Part shown: positions 25,095-34,397 of the stretch, one piece after another
Layout of the letters: each line of letters starts with the position of its first letter
Numbering within the stretch: the first letter of the stretch is position 1
Origin: Candidatus Rokuibacteriota bacterium
Lineage (GTDB): Bacteria > Methylomirabilota > Methylomirabilia > Rokubacteriales > CSP1-6
Direction: 5' to 3'
Length of the DNA: 51,018 nt
NCBI GenBank assembly: GCA_050731755.1
Contig: JBOHPP010000038.1
Span: 1-51,018, forward strand
Position numbers and translations under genes: made by a program
The notes under the pieces: generated by a model
The model's input: only the letters and a program-made list of their open reading frames with translations
Told to the model about the DNA's origin: nothing
Database searches by the model: none

Positions 25095-28000
25095 ATGAAG
25101 TGTCCCCGCTGCCAGCACGAGAGCCCGGCTGATGCCGCGTTCTGTCAGGAGTGCGGGGCTCGGCTTGAAACGGCTTGCCCGAGCTGTGGCGCGGCAAACC
25201 AGCTGGGCGCGAAGTTCTGCAAGAAGTGCGGCCAGCCGGTGGTGATGACGGCCCAGGCCGCTGGGGCGGCTTCAAAGTTCACCTCGCCGGACTCCTACAC
25301 CCCCAAACACCTCGCCGAGAAGATCCTCACGTCCAAGGCGGCTCTGGAAGGCGAGCGCAAGCAGGTAACAGTCCTGTTCGCCGATATGAAGGGCTCCATG
25401 GAGCTCCTGGCCGACCGCGACCCGGAGGAGGCCCGCAGGATCCTCGATCCAGTTCTCGAACGGATGATGGAGGCCGTCCACCGCTACGAAGGCACGGTGA
25501 ACCAGGTGATGGGCGACGGGATCATGGCGCTGTTCGGCGCTCCGCTCGCACACGAGGATCACGCGACACGGGCCTGCTACGCGGCGCTCCGCATGCAGCA
25601 GGCGGTCAAGCGCTACGCAGAGAGCGTTCGGCGCGCCGAAGGTGTCCCCCTTCAGATCCGTGTCGGCCTGAACTCCGGCGAGGTCGTAGTGCGCTCGATC
25701 CGGAGCGACCTCCACATGGATTACACCGCCGTCGGCCAGACCACCCACGTCGCCGCCCGCATGGAGCAGATGGCCCTGCCGGGGTCCATCTTGCTCTCTG
25801 CGGACACGCTGGCGCTCGCCGAGGGGTACGTCGAGGTCAAGCCTCTCGGCCCGCTGCCGGTCAAAGGGCTCGAGGCGCCGCTCGAGGTGTACGAGCTGAC
25901 CCGGGCGGCCACCGTGCGCTCGCGCTTCCAGGCCGCCGCCGCGCGCGGCCTCACCCGCTTCGTGGGCCGCGAGAGCGAGCTGGATCAGCTCCGTCAGGCG
26001 CTCGAGCGCGCCCGGGCCGGTCACGGGCAGGTGGTGGCAGTGGTGGGGGAGCCCGGCGTCGGCAAGTCCCGGCTCTACTGGGAGTTCGCTCACTCCCATC
26101 GCGCCCAGGGCTGGTTGATCCTCGAGTCCGGCTCCGTCTCCTACGGCAAGGCGACGAACTACCTGCCGATCATCGAGCTCCTCCGGGCGTATTTCTCAAT
26201 CGAGAGCGCGGACGACACCCGCAAGATCCGCGAGAAGGTCACGGGCAAGCTCCTGTCCCTGGACCGGCAGCTGGAGCCCAGCATCGCGCCGATCCTGTGG
26301 CTGCTCGACGTCCCGGTCGAAGACGAGGACTGGGAACGCCTGGATCCCCCCCAGCGCCGCCAGCGCATCCTCGATGGGGTCAAGCGCCTGCTCCTGCGCG
26401 AGAGCCAGGTGCAGCCGCTCATGGTCCTGTTCGAGGACCTGCACTGGATCGACGCCGAGACCCAGGCGCTCCTGGACAGCCTGATGGAAAGCCTGCCGAC
26501 GGCACGTCTCCTGCTGCTAACGAACTACAGGCCAGAGTATCAGCACGGCTGGGGGAGCAAGACCTACTACCGGCAGCTCCAGGTCGACCCCCTGCCGCCC
26601 GAGAGCGCCGCGACGTTGCTCGACGCCCTGCTGGGGGCGGACGCCACGCTCGCCCTGCTCAAGCGGCTGGTGATCGAGCGGACCGAGGGCAACCCGTTCT
26701 TCATCGAGGAGAGCATCCGGTCGCTGGTCGAGACAGGAGTCCTAGCGGGTGAACTGGGAGCGTATCGCCTGACCCGGGTCGTGCAGGGGCTGCAGGTCCC
26801 GGCCACGGCCCAGGCGATGCTGGCGGCGCGCATCGACCGGCTGGGCCCGGAGGACAAGCGACTGCTCCAAGCGGCCGCAGTCATCGGCACCGACGTCCCC
26901 TTCGAGCTGCTCCAGGCCGTGGCCGACGAGCCCGAGGACCGGCTGCGCCGGGGGCTGGCCCAGCTCCAGGCGACCGAGTTCCTCTACGAGACGCGGTTGT
27001 TCCCGGACCTCGAGTACATGTTCCGGCACGCCCTCACCCACGAGGTTGCGTACGGCAGCCTGCTCGCCGAGCGTCGGCGCGCCCTCCACGCCCGGATCGT
27101 CGAGGCGATCGAGGCGCTATACGGCGACCGCCTCGAGGAGCAAGTCGAGCGGCTCGCCCACCATGCCCTTCGAGGTGAGGTATGGGACAAGGCCACTGCC
27201 TATCTCCGGCAGGCTGGAGGGAAGGCCTTCGCTCGCTCGGCCAACCGGGAGGCGGTGGCGTGCTTCGAGCAGGCACTGGGAGCCGTTCAACGCCTTCCCC
27301 AAAGTCGTGAGACAACCGAACAGGCCATCGATCTCCGCCTCGCTCTTCGACCTGCACTCTTTCAGCTCGGGGAACTCGCACGGATGGGCGACGTGCTTCG
27401 CGAAGCTCAGATTCTCGCTGAGGCCGTGAGTGATCAAGCCCGACTGGGGCGGGTAACCGCCTTCCTGGCACACTCTTTCTGGCTGCGGGGGGAACATGCA
27501 CGGGCCGTCGAGGCCGGCCAGCGCGCCCTATCCATCGCCACAAGCCTCGGCGATTTCGCCCTTCAGGCCTCGGCGAATTACTACCTCGGTGAGGCCTACC
27601 ACGTCCTCGGCGACTATCGCCGTGCAGCAGAGTTTCTCCGGGACAACGTTGAGTCCTTTCAGGGTGATCTCATCCGTGAGCGCTTCGGCATGGCCGGCCC
27701 CCACTCAGTCATCTCGCGTGCGTGGTTGGTCATGTGCCTTGCCGAGCTTGGTGAGTTCGCCGAGGGGATGATCCGAGGAGAGGAAGGACTGCGGATTGCC
27801 GAGGCAGTCGATCAACCTTTTAGCCTTGCATTGGCGTCTTACGCGCTCGGCATTCTTTCGCTCCGCAAGGGGGACCTAGGCAGGGCGATCGCCGTGTTGG
27901 AACGCGGCCTCCCGCTCTGCAAGAGCGTCCCCTACTATTTCCCCTGGATCGCCTCCGAGTTGGGCTATGCCTATGCTCTATCGAAACGCGCTGCCGAGGC

Positions 28001-28454
28001 CCTGCCTATGCAGGAGCAGGCCGTGCAGCAGGCCGCCTCCATGGGGATCACGCAATGGCAATCGTGTTGGGTCGGCTGGTTGGGCGAGGCCTATCTGCTG
28101 GCCGGTCGCGTGAACGAGGCGGTCGAGCACGCCCAGGGCGCCCTCGATCTGTCTCGCGAGCGCAAGGAACAGGGGTATCAGGCCTATGCCCTCCGACTCC
28201 TCGGGGAGGTCCACTCCCGTCTGGATCCTCCTGATCTGCAGAACGCCGTAGATCATTTCCGGCACGCCATAATCTTGGCGGAGGAGCTGAGCATGCGCCC
28301 GCTGGTCGCCCACTGCCACCTGGGCCTCGGCAAGCTCTACCGTCGCACGGGCAAGCGGCATGAGGCCCTCACCACCGCCCTGATGATGTACCGCGAGATG
28401 GACATGCGCTTCTGGCTTGAGCAGGCAGAGGAGGAGGTGAAGCAGCTGGCGTAG
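25095..28454 (+). CDS. zinc-ribbon / class III cyclase-homology / AAA(STAND-like) ATPase / TPR multidomain signalling protein
   Basis: 1119 aa. Double zinc ribbon (CPRCQHE..CQECG..CPSCG..CKKCG). Cyclase motifs VTVLFADMKGSMEL, MGDGIMALFGAP, GLNSGEVVV. Walker A GEPGVGKSRL, Walker-B-like LMVLFEDLHWID. Long helical-repeat C-terminus. Confidence 0.9.
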   Translation: MKCPRCQHESPADAAFCQECGARLETACPSCGAANQLGAKFCKKCGQPVVMTAQAAGAASKFTSPDSYTPKHLAEKILTSKAALEGERKQVTVLFADMKGSMELLADRDPEEARRILDPVLERMMEAVHRYEGTVNQVMGDGIMALFGAPLAHEDHATRACYAALRMQQAVKRYAESVRRAEGVPLQIRVGLNSGEVVVRSIRSDLHMDYTAVGQTTHVAARMEQMALPGSILLSADTLALAEGYVEVKPLGPLPVKGLEAPLEVYELTRAATVRSRFQAAAARGLTRFVGRESELDQLRQALERARAGHGQVVAVVGEPGVGKSRLYWEFAHSHRAQGWLILESGSVSYGKATNYLPIIELLRAYFSIESADDTRKIREKVTGKLLSLDRQLEPSIAPILWLLDVPVEDEDWERLDPPQRRQRILDGVKRLLLRESQVQPLMVLFEDLHWIDAETQALLDSLMESLPTARLLLLTNYRPEYQHGWGSKTYYRQLQVDPLPPESAATLLDALLGADATLALLKRLVIERTEGNPFFIEESIRSLVETGVLAGELGAYRLTRVVQGLQVPATAQAMLAARIDRLGPEDKRLLQAAAVIGTDVPFELLQAVADEPEDRLRRGLAQLQATEFLYETRLFPDLEYMFRHALTHEVAYGSLLAERRRALHARIVEAIEALYGDRLEEQVERLAHHALRGEVWDKATAYLRQAGGKAFARSANREAVACFEQALGAVQRLPQSRETTEQAIDLRLALRPALFQLGELARMGDVLREAQILAEAVSDQARLGRVTAFLAHSFWLRGEHARAVEAGQRALSIATSLGDFALQASANYYLGEAYHVLGDYRRAAEFLRDNVESFQGDLIRERFGMAGPHSVISRAWLVMCLAELGEFAEGMIRGEEGLRIAEAVDQPFSLALASYALGILSLRKGDLGRAIAVLERGLPLCKSVPYYFPWIASELGYAYALSKRAAEALPMQEQAVQQAASMGITQWQSCWVGWLGEAYLLAGRVNEAVEHAQGALDLSRERKEQGYQAYALRLLGEVHSRLDPPDLQNAVDHFRHAIILAEELSMRPLVAHCHLGLGKLYRRTGKRHEALTTALMMYREMDMRFWLEQAEEEVKQLA

Positions 28455-29082
28455 GGCGGGGCCGGAGCGACTCCTGAGGCGGGAAGCCTAGAGGTGGGCG
28501 CCCGCCCAAGCGGACGAAGCTGGCGAACACGCTCTGCTGGGACGCGGTGCAAGAGTGTCCCGGTCAGAAACCTGATCGACGTTGCCGAAGCGGTCGTGCC
28601 CACACTGATATCAACGCGTGGGCCGAGCGGCCGCGCTTGGGCGGCCTCGAATACAGCATGAGAGCTCGCTCGCGACGAGGGCAGGAGTCAGAACTCGCGT
28701 CAGCCTTGGCCGACAGGGCGGACGACCGCTGGATCCGGCGGCGCTCAGGCGGCGCGCTGATGAGCCGAGCCGCGCTTTCGCACATGGTGCCAGCGACTTG
28801 GGACTTGTTTACTATGTTTGCGTAAGTAGAAGTAATGGAAGGACCCCAGGCGATCGCGGAACTTACTTCCCGGCTCGAAGTTGAGAATCTCAAGGGGATC
28901 AGCGAGAAGGCTTACTTAGAGGCCCCACACGTCCAAAGTGATTATGTGCACGAGATTTTGACCGAAGATTGTGCAGGCGAGAGCAGGGGAGGCGCACTCG
29001 CCAGGCCATCCTTCGAAACTCCTGAACGGCCGGGAGCCCGAATGAGCCCGGCGTGAGTACAATTTGAGCACGGCTACCCGCT

Positions 29083-30072
29083 TCACTGAATCACCTCCGT
29101 CGCCCTGAGGAGAACGGACGGCGGGATCATCAGCCCCAGTGCTTTGGCGGCCTTCAGGTTGATGAGCATATCGAACGTTGCGGGCCGCTCCACAGGCAGG
29201 TCGCCCGGCTTCACACCCTTCAGAATTCTGTCGACGAAGTAGGCGGCCCGCCTGTGCATGTCTGCGTAATTTGGCCCGAAGGACATCAACCCACCCGCCT
29301 CGACCATCTCCCGGTAGCCGTGCACCCCCGGGAGGCGCTGTTGGGCGGCAAAGGCCATGATGCGCACGCGGTGGTGCAGCAGCAGCCGATCCGTCAGTAC
29401 GAGGAGTGAGTCCGGCCGCTCCCTGACCATGACGGCAAAGGCGTTCTCGATCTCTTCTTCAGTCCGCACCCCCAGGGACAGCACTTTCATTCGGAGCACC
29501 CGGCCGGCGGCCTGCACCTGCTGCTCGGCGAGTGCCTGTACCGGGCTGCCCGCATTCCACAGCACGGCGACGTGCGAGACGTTGGGGACGACTTCCCTGA
29601 GGAGCTCCAACCGCTTCCCGTCCATTTCCGTTGAGATCGAGGTCACGCCGGTGATGTTCCCACCGGGCTGGCTGAGGGACGGGACGAGGCCCGTCCCGAC
29701 GGGATCGCCGACGGCGACCATGACGAGCGGGACCGACGTTGTCGCCTTCTTGAATGCCAGGGCGGCGGGTGTTCCGGCGGTCACGATCACGTCCACCTTC
29801 TGAGCGATCAGCTCGGCGATCAGGACAGGAAAGCGCTCATACTTTCCTTCCGCCCATCGATACTCGATCAGAACGTTTCGGCCCTCGACATACCCGAGGT
29901 CACGCAACCCCTCGCGGAACGACCCGACGAGATGGGCCTCGAGGGCCGCCGTGGAGTTCCCGAGGAACCCTACCCGGTGCAACTTCTCTGTCTGCTGGGC
30001 CTGGGCGGCGAGCGGCGCGGCGAGGAGGGCGAGGGCCAGGATGACAATGAGGGCGCGGAGTCGCAGCTTCAT
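29083..30072 (-). CDS. ABC transporter substrate-binding protein (ABC_sub_bind / DUF534-like), orphan
   Basis: ATG 30072 with a GGGGAGG SD. Signal peptide MKLRLRALIVILALALLAAPLAAQA. Family pattern VGFLGN ... IEYRWAEGKYERFPVLIAELIAQKVDVIVTAGTPAA ... VGDPVGTGLVPSLSQPGGNITG. No permease or ATPase gene is adjacent. Confidence 0.85.
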   Translation of the reverse strand: MKLRLRALIVILALALLAAPLAAQAQQTEKLHRVGFLGNSTAALEAHLVGSFREGLRDLGYVEGRNVLIEYRWAEGKYERFPVLIAELIAQKVDVIVTAGTPAALAFKKATTSVPLVMVAVGDPVGTGLVPSLSQPGGNITGVTSISTEMDGKRLELLREVVPNVSHVAVLWNAGSPVQALAEQQVQAAGRVLRMKVLSLGVRTEEEIENAFAVMVRERPDSLLVLTDRLLLHHRVRIMAFAAQQRLPGVHGYREMVEAGGLMSFGPNYADMHRRAAYFVDRILKGVKPGDLPVERPATFDMLINLKAAKALGLMIPPSVLLRATEVIQ

Positions 30073-30181
30073 GGGCGCCTCCCCAAGGAGCACGGTGGAC
30101 GGGGTGACGGTAGGACGGAGCGATGGATAGGGTCAAGCGAGTAATTGGAAGGCCTCGGCGCGCCCACGGCAGGTCCGAAGC

Positions 30182-32563
30182 GTGGAGGCAAGACCGAAAA
30201 TCGTTGCTGGGAGCGCCGAAGTCGGCGGGCGACGGAATCCAACCTCTGTCGAAGATCGGCGAGATCATCCGGGGTACCGTTGGCATGCGCGTAATCGGTC
30301 TGCGCCCAGACATACTCCGGTGCCGAAGCCAACATGCCCGCCCTCGACGAGCGCCTTCTCGGGAAACGCTCTAGCAGCGCATCGTCAGCGGCCGCTGCGC
30401 GAACTGCCGCAATCGAAACGCCGACAACCAGGCGACCAGGAGGCCGAGATCGGCAATCATCTTGGGCCTCCTGGTCCCTTCCGGGGAGGCAAGAAAGGGC
30501 TCGTTGCCCTCCTCTTCATCGCGATAGGCGGTGTCAGCCTTCAGACCATGGCCAGAATGTGGCGCCAAGGCCAGTCACTCGACCAGGCCCACGAGCGAGT
30601 CCGCTGGTCCCAGCAGATCGACCACGCCCTTGCCCTGCAGATGCATTTCACAGCCATGGCGTTGCTGCTCAACGACGAGACGACAGTCGAGAAGATTCTC
30701 CGTGAGAACAACCGGTTCAACGATACGCTCGCGCGAATCGAGGAGGCGGCCCCGCCCGACGAGCGCGCCCTGATCGCGCAGATTCGTGCCGCCCAGGAGG
30801 ACGCGATGATCGTCGTGGCAGACATCGCGAACCTCATCCGTGACGGCAAGCGGAATCAGGCCATGGAGGCGTTGCTCACCAGGGAAGAGCCGGTCTACCG
30901 AAAGATCGGAGCCCTCGTCGGCCAGGTGGTCGCCTCGGAGGAAGCGCGGATGGCGAGCCTGCGCGCCAACGTGGACGCGGCAAACCGTCAATCGCTGAGG
31001 CTCGCGGGCGCCTTCGCCGCGCTATCCATCCTGCTAGCGCTGGTTCTCGGGTTTGTGATTTCTTGGTCATTCATCCTGCCTGTTCAGGAGGCTAAGGAGT
31101 TCCTCGGTCGGGTCGCCACCGGCGACTTCGGAACGACCGTCAGCATTCCAAACCGCGATGAGTTCGGGGCCCTGGCCGCGCATATGAATCACATGAGCCG
31201 GGAACTCCAGCGCCTCGACCAGAAGCAGCGGGACTCGGCTGAAGAACTCCGGCGACTCAACGACCGTCTGGCCCAGGCGAGTCGGGCGAAGTCGGAGTTC
31301 CTGGCGAGCATGAGCCACGAGCTCCGGACGCCGATGAACGCCATCCTGGGATTCACGGAGATGATGCTGGACGGCCTCTATGGCGAGATCCCCGCCAAGC
31401 TCAAGGAGCCGCTCACCGACGTGCGCACGAACGGCACGCATCTCCTGCGGTTGATCAACGATGTCCTCGATCTTTCCAAGATTGAGGCCGGGCGCATGGA
31501 GCTGGCGCCGGCCGAATACGCCGTCCAGGACGTGTTAAACACGGTCCGTATATCCCTCCGCTCGCTGGCGTCGGAGAAAGGTCTGGAATTCATCACTGCG
31601 ACAGCGGCCGAGCTCCCGCTGGCCTACGGTGATAGCAAGCGAATTATCCAATGCCTTATGAATCTGGCCGGGAACGCACTGAAGTTCACCAAAGAGGGGC
31701 AGGTCGAGATCAGTGTGGCGCTCGAGGTGGGCGGGAAGATTGTCGCCTGGGAGCATACGATCGTCGGGGCCTGGCATGGGGCCGGCTTTGTGGATGACAA
31801 GGGGCGCACCGTGAGCGCCTTCATCGGCTCCAACCACGCCTATGGCATTCCAAACCAGGTGGTCCGGCCGATTCGGGGTGAGCACGGCATCCCCGGCGGC
31901 GCCTATCGCTCAGTGGGGCCCGGATACACCAACTTCGCCGTGGAGACGTTCCTCGACGAGCTGGCGCACCTCGCGAAGGTCGATCCCCTGCGGATGCGCC
32001 TGGCGATGCTCGGCGGCCAGCCACGGCTCACGAACGTGATGAGGTTAGCCGCGGCCCGGTCCGGCTGGGGCACACCGCTCCCGCCCAACGTGGGGCGGGG
32101 ACTCGCCGGCGTCAGGTTCGCGTTATTGAAGGTGCCTCCGACATGGCTGTCAGCGGTCGTGCAGGCTCGCGTCGATCGGCCAACCGGCGAGGTGGCTGTT
32201 GAGAAGATCACGTGCGCCGTGGACTGCGGCATCGTCGTGAACCCCGACGGGGTGCGAGCCCAGATCGAAGGGGGGCTGCTCTTCGGTCTCAGCACCGCGC
32301 TCAAGGAGTCCGGCACGGTCACGAACGGCGCGCTCGACCAGAGGAACTTCGAAGACTACCAGCTGCTCCGGATGGATGAGGTCCCGGAAATTGAGATCCA
32401 CATCGTGGACAGCACAGAGCCGCCGAGCGGCATCGGCGAGCCCCCCGTCACCGTCGTAGCGCCGGCGCTCAGCAACGCGATCTTTGCGGCGACAGGGGTC
32501 CGCGTCCGGAACCTCCCATTCCTCCCTGAGAGGGTTTTGCAGGCGCTGCGAGAGAAGTCATAG
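30182..32563 (+). CDS. chimeric ORF: truncated sensor histidine kinase (sensor-HAMP-HisKA-partial HATPase) fused in frame to the C-terminal third of a molybdopterin-binding aldehyde oxidase/xanthine dehydrogenase-family (IorB-like) subunit
   Basis: HK part: TM helix GLVALLFIAIGGVSL, HAMP (RVATGDFGTTVSIPNRDEFGALAAHMNHMSRELQ), H-box SHELRTPMNAILGF, N-box NLAGNALKFT. After ...EISVALEV (about nt 31725) there are no G1/G2 boxes. The sequence continues as ...YRSVGPGYTNFAVETFLDELA...CAVDCGIVVNPDG...GIGEPPVTVVAPALSNAIFAATGVRVRNLPF. The true start is unclear: ATG 30548 lies after the first TM helix. Confidence 0.6.
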   Translation: MEARPKIVAGSAEVGGRRNPTSVEDRRDHPGYRWHARNRSAPRHTPVPKPTCPPSTSAFSGNALAAHRQRPLRELPQSKRRQPGDQEAEIGNHLGPPGPFRGGKKGLVALLFIAIGGVSLQTMARMWRQGQSLDQAHERVRWSQQIDHALALQMHFTAMALLLNDETTVEKILRENNRFNDTLARIEEAAPPDERALIAQIRAAQEDAMIVVADIANLIRDGKRNQAMEALLTREEPVYRKIGALVGQVVASEEARMASLRANVDAANRQSLRLAGAFAALSILLALVLGFVISWSFILPVQEAKEFLGRVATGDFGTTVSIPNRDEFGALAAHMNHMSRELQRLDQKQRDSAEELRRLNDRLAQASRAKSEFLASMSHELRTPMNAILGFTEMMLDGLYGEIPAKLKEPLTDVRTNGTHLLRLINDVLDLSKIEAGRMELAPAEYAVQDVLNTVRISLRSLASEKGLEFITATAAELPLAYGDSKRIIQCLMNLAGNALKFTKEGQVEISVALEVGGKIVAWEHTIVGAWHGAGFVDDKGRTVSAFIGSNHAYGIPNQVVRPIRGEHGIPGGAYRSVGPGYTNFAVETFLDELAHLAKVDPLRMRLAMLGGQPRLTNVMRLAAARSGWGTPLPPNVGRGLAGVRFALLKVPPTWLSAVVQARVDRPTGEVAVEKITCAVDCGIVVNPDGVRAQIEGGLLFGLSTALKESGTVTNGALDQRNFEDYQLLRMDEVPEIEIHIVDSTEPPSGIGEPPVTVVAPALSNAIFAATGVRVRNLPFLPERVLQALREKS

Positions 32564-32764
32564 GCGGCCAGTGGGACGTGGCTCCCTTCGAGTCTCCGAA
32601 GGGCGATCGCTTATGGAGGAGATCGGGCGCGACCTCGAGTCGGTCGAGCGCGAGATCCGCAGCCATCCGAACCTCACCGAGCTGTGAGTAGGCGAGGGCG
32701 CCGGCCACCGGCTCGTATGCCTCGCGGCAGACGACGATCCTTGATCTCCTTTCTCTCCCCTCTT

Positions 32765-32905
32765 TTAGTTCCAGAGACCGGTCGAGAAGTAGCGCTCGCC
32801 CAGATCGTTGAACACGGTGACGAAGCGTCCCGCTCGCTCGCGCCGCGCGACACGTTCGACTCCCACCATGTACCGGCCCGACTCGCTGGAGGTCCCGGCA
32901 TGAGG
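32765..32905 (-). pseudogene. C-terminal fragment of a cysteine synthase / PLP-dependent beta-replacement enzyme
   Basis: ...GTSSESGRYMVGVERVARRERAGRFVTVFNDLGERYFSTGLWN* matches the conserved C-terminus of CysK/CysM-type enzymes (G-x-SSG ... D-x-GERY-x-ST). The ~260 aa that should precede it are absent. Confidence 0.5.
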
Positions 32906-32933
32906 TAAAGATAAGAGGCTGAGGAGGCTCGGG

Positions 32934-33032
32934 ATGTGCACTTGTGGCCACTCCGAGAAAGACCACGCGCCGTGCGGGAAATGCCTTGCCGAGGGATGCA
33001 AGTACGAAGTGTTCGAGAGGCAGAAGCCTTGA
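32934..33032 (+). CDS. 32-aa Cys/His-rich mini-protein (candidate)
   Basis: Not in the track. GAGGAGG lies 6 nt upstream of ATG 32934. Translation: MCTCGHSEKDHAPCGKCLAEGCKYEVFERQKP*. Confidence 0.3.
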   Translation: MCTCGHSEKDHAPCGKCLAEGCKYEVFERQKP

Positions 33033-33157
33033 CCGCCATCGACGCTGACCGCTTCTGGGCGGATTGAGGACCAAGTGAACCTCTGGCTAATTTAATTTAG
33101 AGAAGGCGGAGGCGGATATGAGGGCGTTGGCCGCGCCGGGTTGATGGGAGGGAGTCT

Positions 33158-33322
33158 ATGCCTCGGTACGAGTTCATCTGCGAGCGTTGCGAGAAGGGCT
33201 TCGAAGTGACGTTGACTCTCACGGAGCGAGCCAAGGCGAATGTCAAGTGCCCCAGCTGCGGAAGCGAGAAGGTCACCCCTCAGCTGACGGTCTTCACGCC
33301 CAAGACGTCGCGGAAGAGCTGA
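33158..33322 (+). CDS. FmdB-family zinc-ribbon protein (CxxC_CxxC_SSSS type)
   Basis: Not in the track (<60 aa). MPRYEFICERCEKGFEVTLTLTERAKANVKCPSCGSEKVTPQLTVFTPKTSRKS* has the classic N-terminal M-P-x-Y-E-F-x-C-x-x-C and second CPxCG pair. Confidence 0.7.
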   Translation: MPRYEFICERCEKGFEVTLTLTERAKANVKCPSCGSEKVTPQLTVFTPKTSRKS

Positions 33323-33381
33323 AAACAGAGGGGTAGGCGGAAGGAAGGGGTTGACCGCTCCCGAGCGGAGGAGGGACCGTG

Positions 33382-33690
33382 ATGGGCAAGTTCGTAGAGG
33401 TCTCCACGACCGATGAAAGGGCAGACCAACCGGCCAAATGCATCGAGGTGGGCGGGGAGAAGATCGCCTTGTTCAACGTCGGAGGAGTGTTTTACGCCTT
33501 GAGCGATACTTGCACGCATCGAGGTGGGCCTCTCTCGGAGGGCGAGGTGGAGGGGGCCGAGATGACTTGCCCATGGCACGGGACGAAATTCGACCTGAGG
33601 ACCGGAGCCGTCTCGTGGCCACCGGCGGGGACGGGGGTCAAGAGCTATCCGGTGAAGGTGACGGGGAGCGACATCGAGATCGAGCTGTGA
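33382..33690 (+). CDS. Rieske [2Fe-2S] domain protein (NirD / oxygenase ferredoxin-component-like)
   Basis: ATG 33382 after GGAGGAGGG; the track starts one codon earlier at GTG 33379. Rieske ligand boxes CTHRGGPL and CPWHGTKF. Confidence 0.85.
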   Translation: MGKFVEVSTTDERADQPAKCIEVGGEKIALFNVGGVFYALSDTCTHRGGPLSEGEVEGAEMTCPWHGTKFDLRTGAVSWPPAGTGVKSYPVKVTGSDIEIEL

Positions 33691-34145
33691 CGGGCTCTCG
33701 AACAGCTGGAACTGCTCCTCGGCAGGAGCCTCGGCCTGCCCCATGTCTCACATGATGAGGCGCCTGGGACGTACTTCCGTCGCGGCGGGGAAGGGGGCGG
33801 CTGTCGTGCCGACGCCTGACCGGCCCGCGTGACCGGCCTCATCGACTCATCACGTCTGTCACCGAGACTGTCACTCACCCCGCGCAACAAGACGCAACCG
33901 GCCGCCACGTGGCGTGACGTGGACTGCTTGGTGACGAGTGGGCAAGTCGTTGAGAATGCGGGCAACTCATGGCGGAGATGTAGTAGAGTTCTGAAAATCC
34001 TGGTGTCGGGGGTCCCGAGTCTCTGGTCAGCGGGAGCGATGGCATGCCCAGGCGGGGTAAAGAGCCTTCAACGGGCGCCACGGGCGCGAGGGGCGGGGAG
34101 CGCGAGCACCTCGTCGTCAGTGACGGTTGGGATAGTATCTCTTAA

Positions 34146-34223
<78 letters not shown>

Positions 34224-34286
34224 ACGCGTCGGTGAACGTTACAGGGCGGGGAAAAGGCTGTCAAGGAACCGTCGAACGTTTGGAAG

Positions 34287-34376
34287 TGGTACCGGGGGCG
34301 GGACTCGAACCCGCACGCCCTTGCGGGCACGGCGTTTTGAGCGCCGCGCGTATAGCCAAAATTCCGCCACCCCGGC
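34287..34376 (-). tRNA. tRNA-Leu (anticodon CAA), long variable arm, CCA encoded
   Basis: Minus-strand read: GCCGGGGTGGCGGAATTTTGGCTATACGCGCGGCGCTCAAAACGCCGTGCCCGCAAGGGCGTGCGGGTTCGAGTCCCGCCCCCGGTACCA. Anticodon stem CGGCG/CGCCG, loop CTCAAAA, 15-nt variable arm. Confidence 0.95.
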
Positions 34377-34397
34377 CCGTGTCGCTTCAGCAGGAAC

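Noticed and set aside
28455-29082. About 630 nt of lower-GC DNA with small ORFs (for example 28835-29056, 73 aa; 28564-28893, 109 aa)
   Set aside because: There are no recognisable motifs, poor or absent ribosome-binding sites, and mixed composition. It is treated as non-coding or decayed sequence.
30334-30705. Alternative-frame ORFs at the 5' end of the histidine-kinase ORF (30334-30705 plus strand; 30371-30568 minus strand)
   Set aside because: They are Arg/Ser/Pro-rich with no motifs. They do underline that the kinase 5' end has no clean start, which is noted under the chimera finding.
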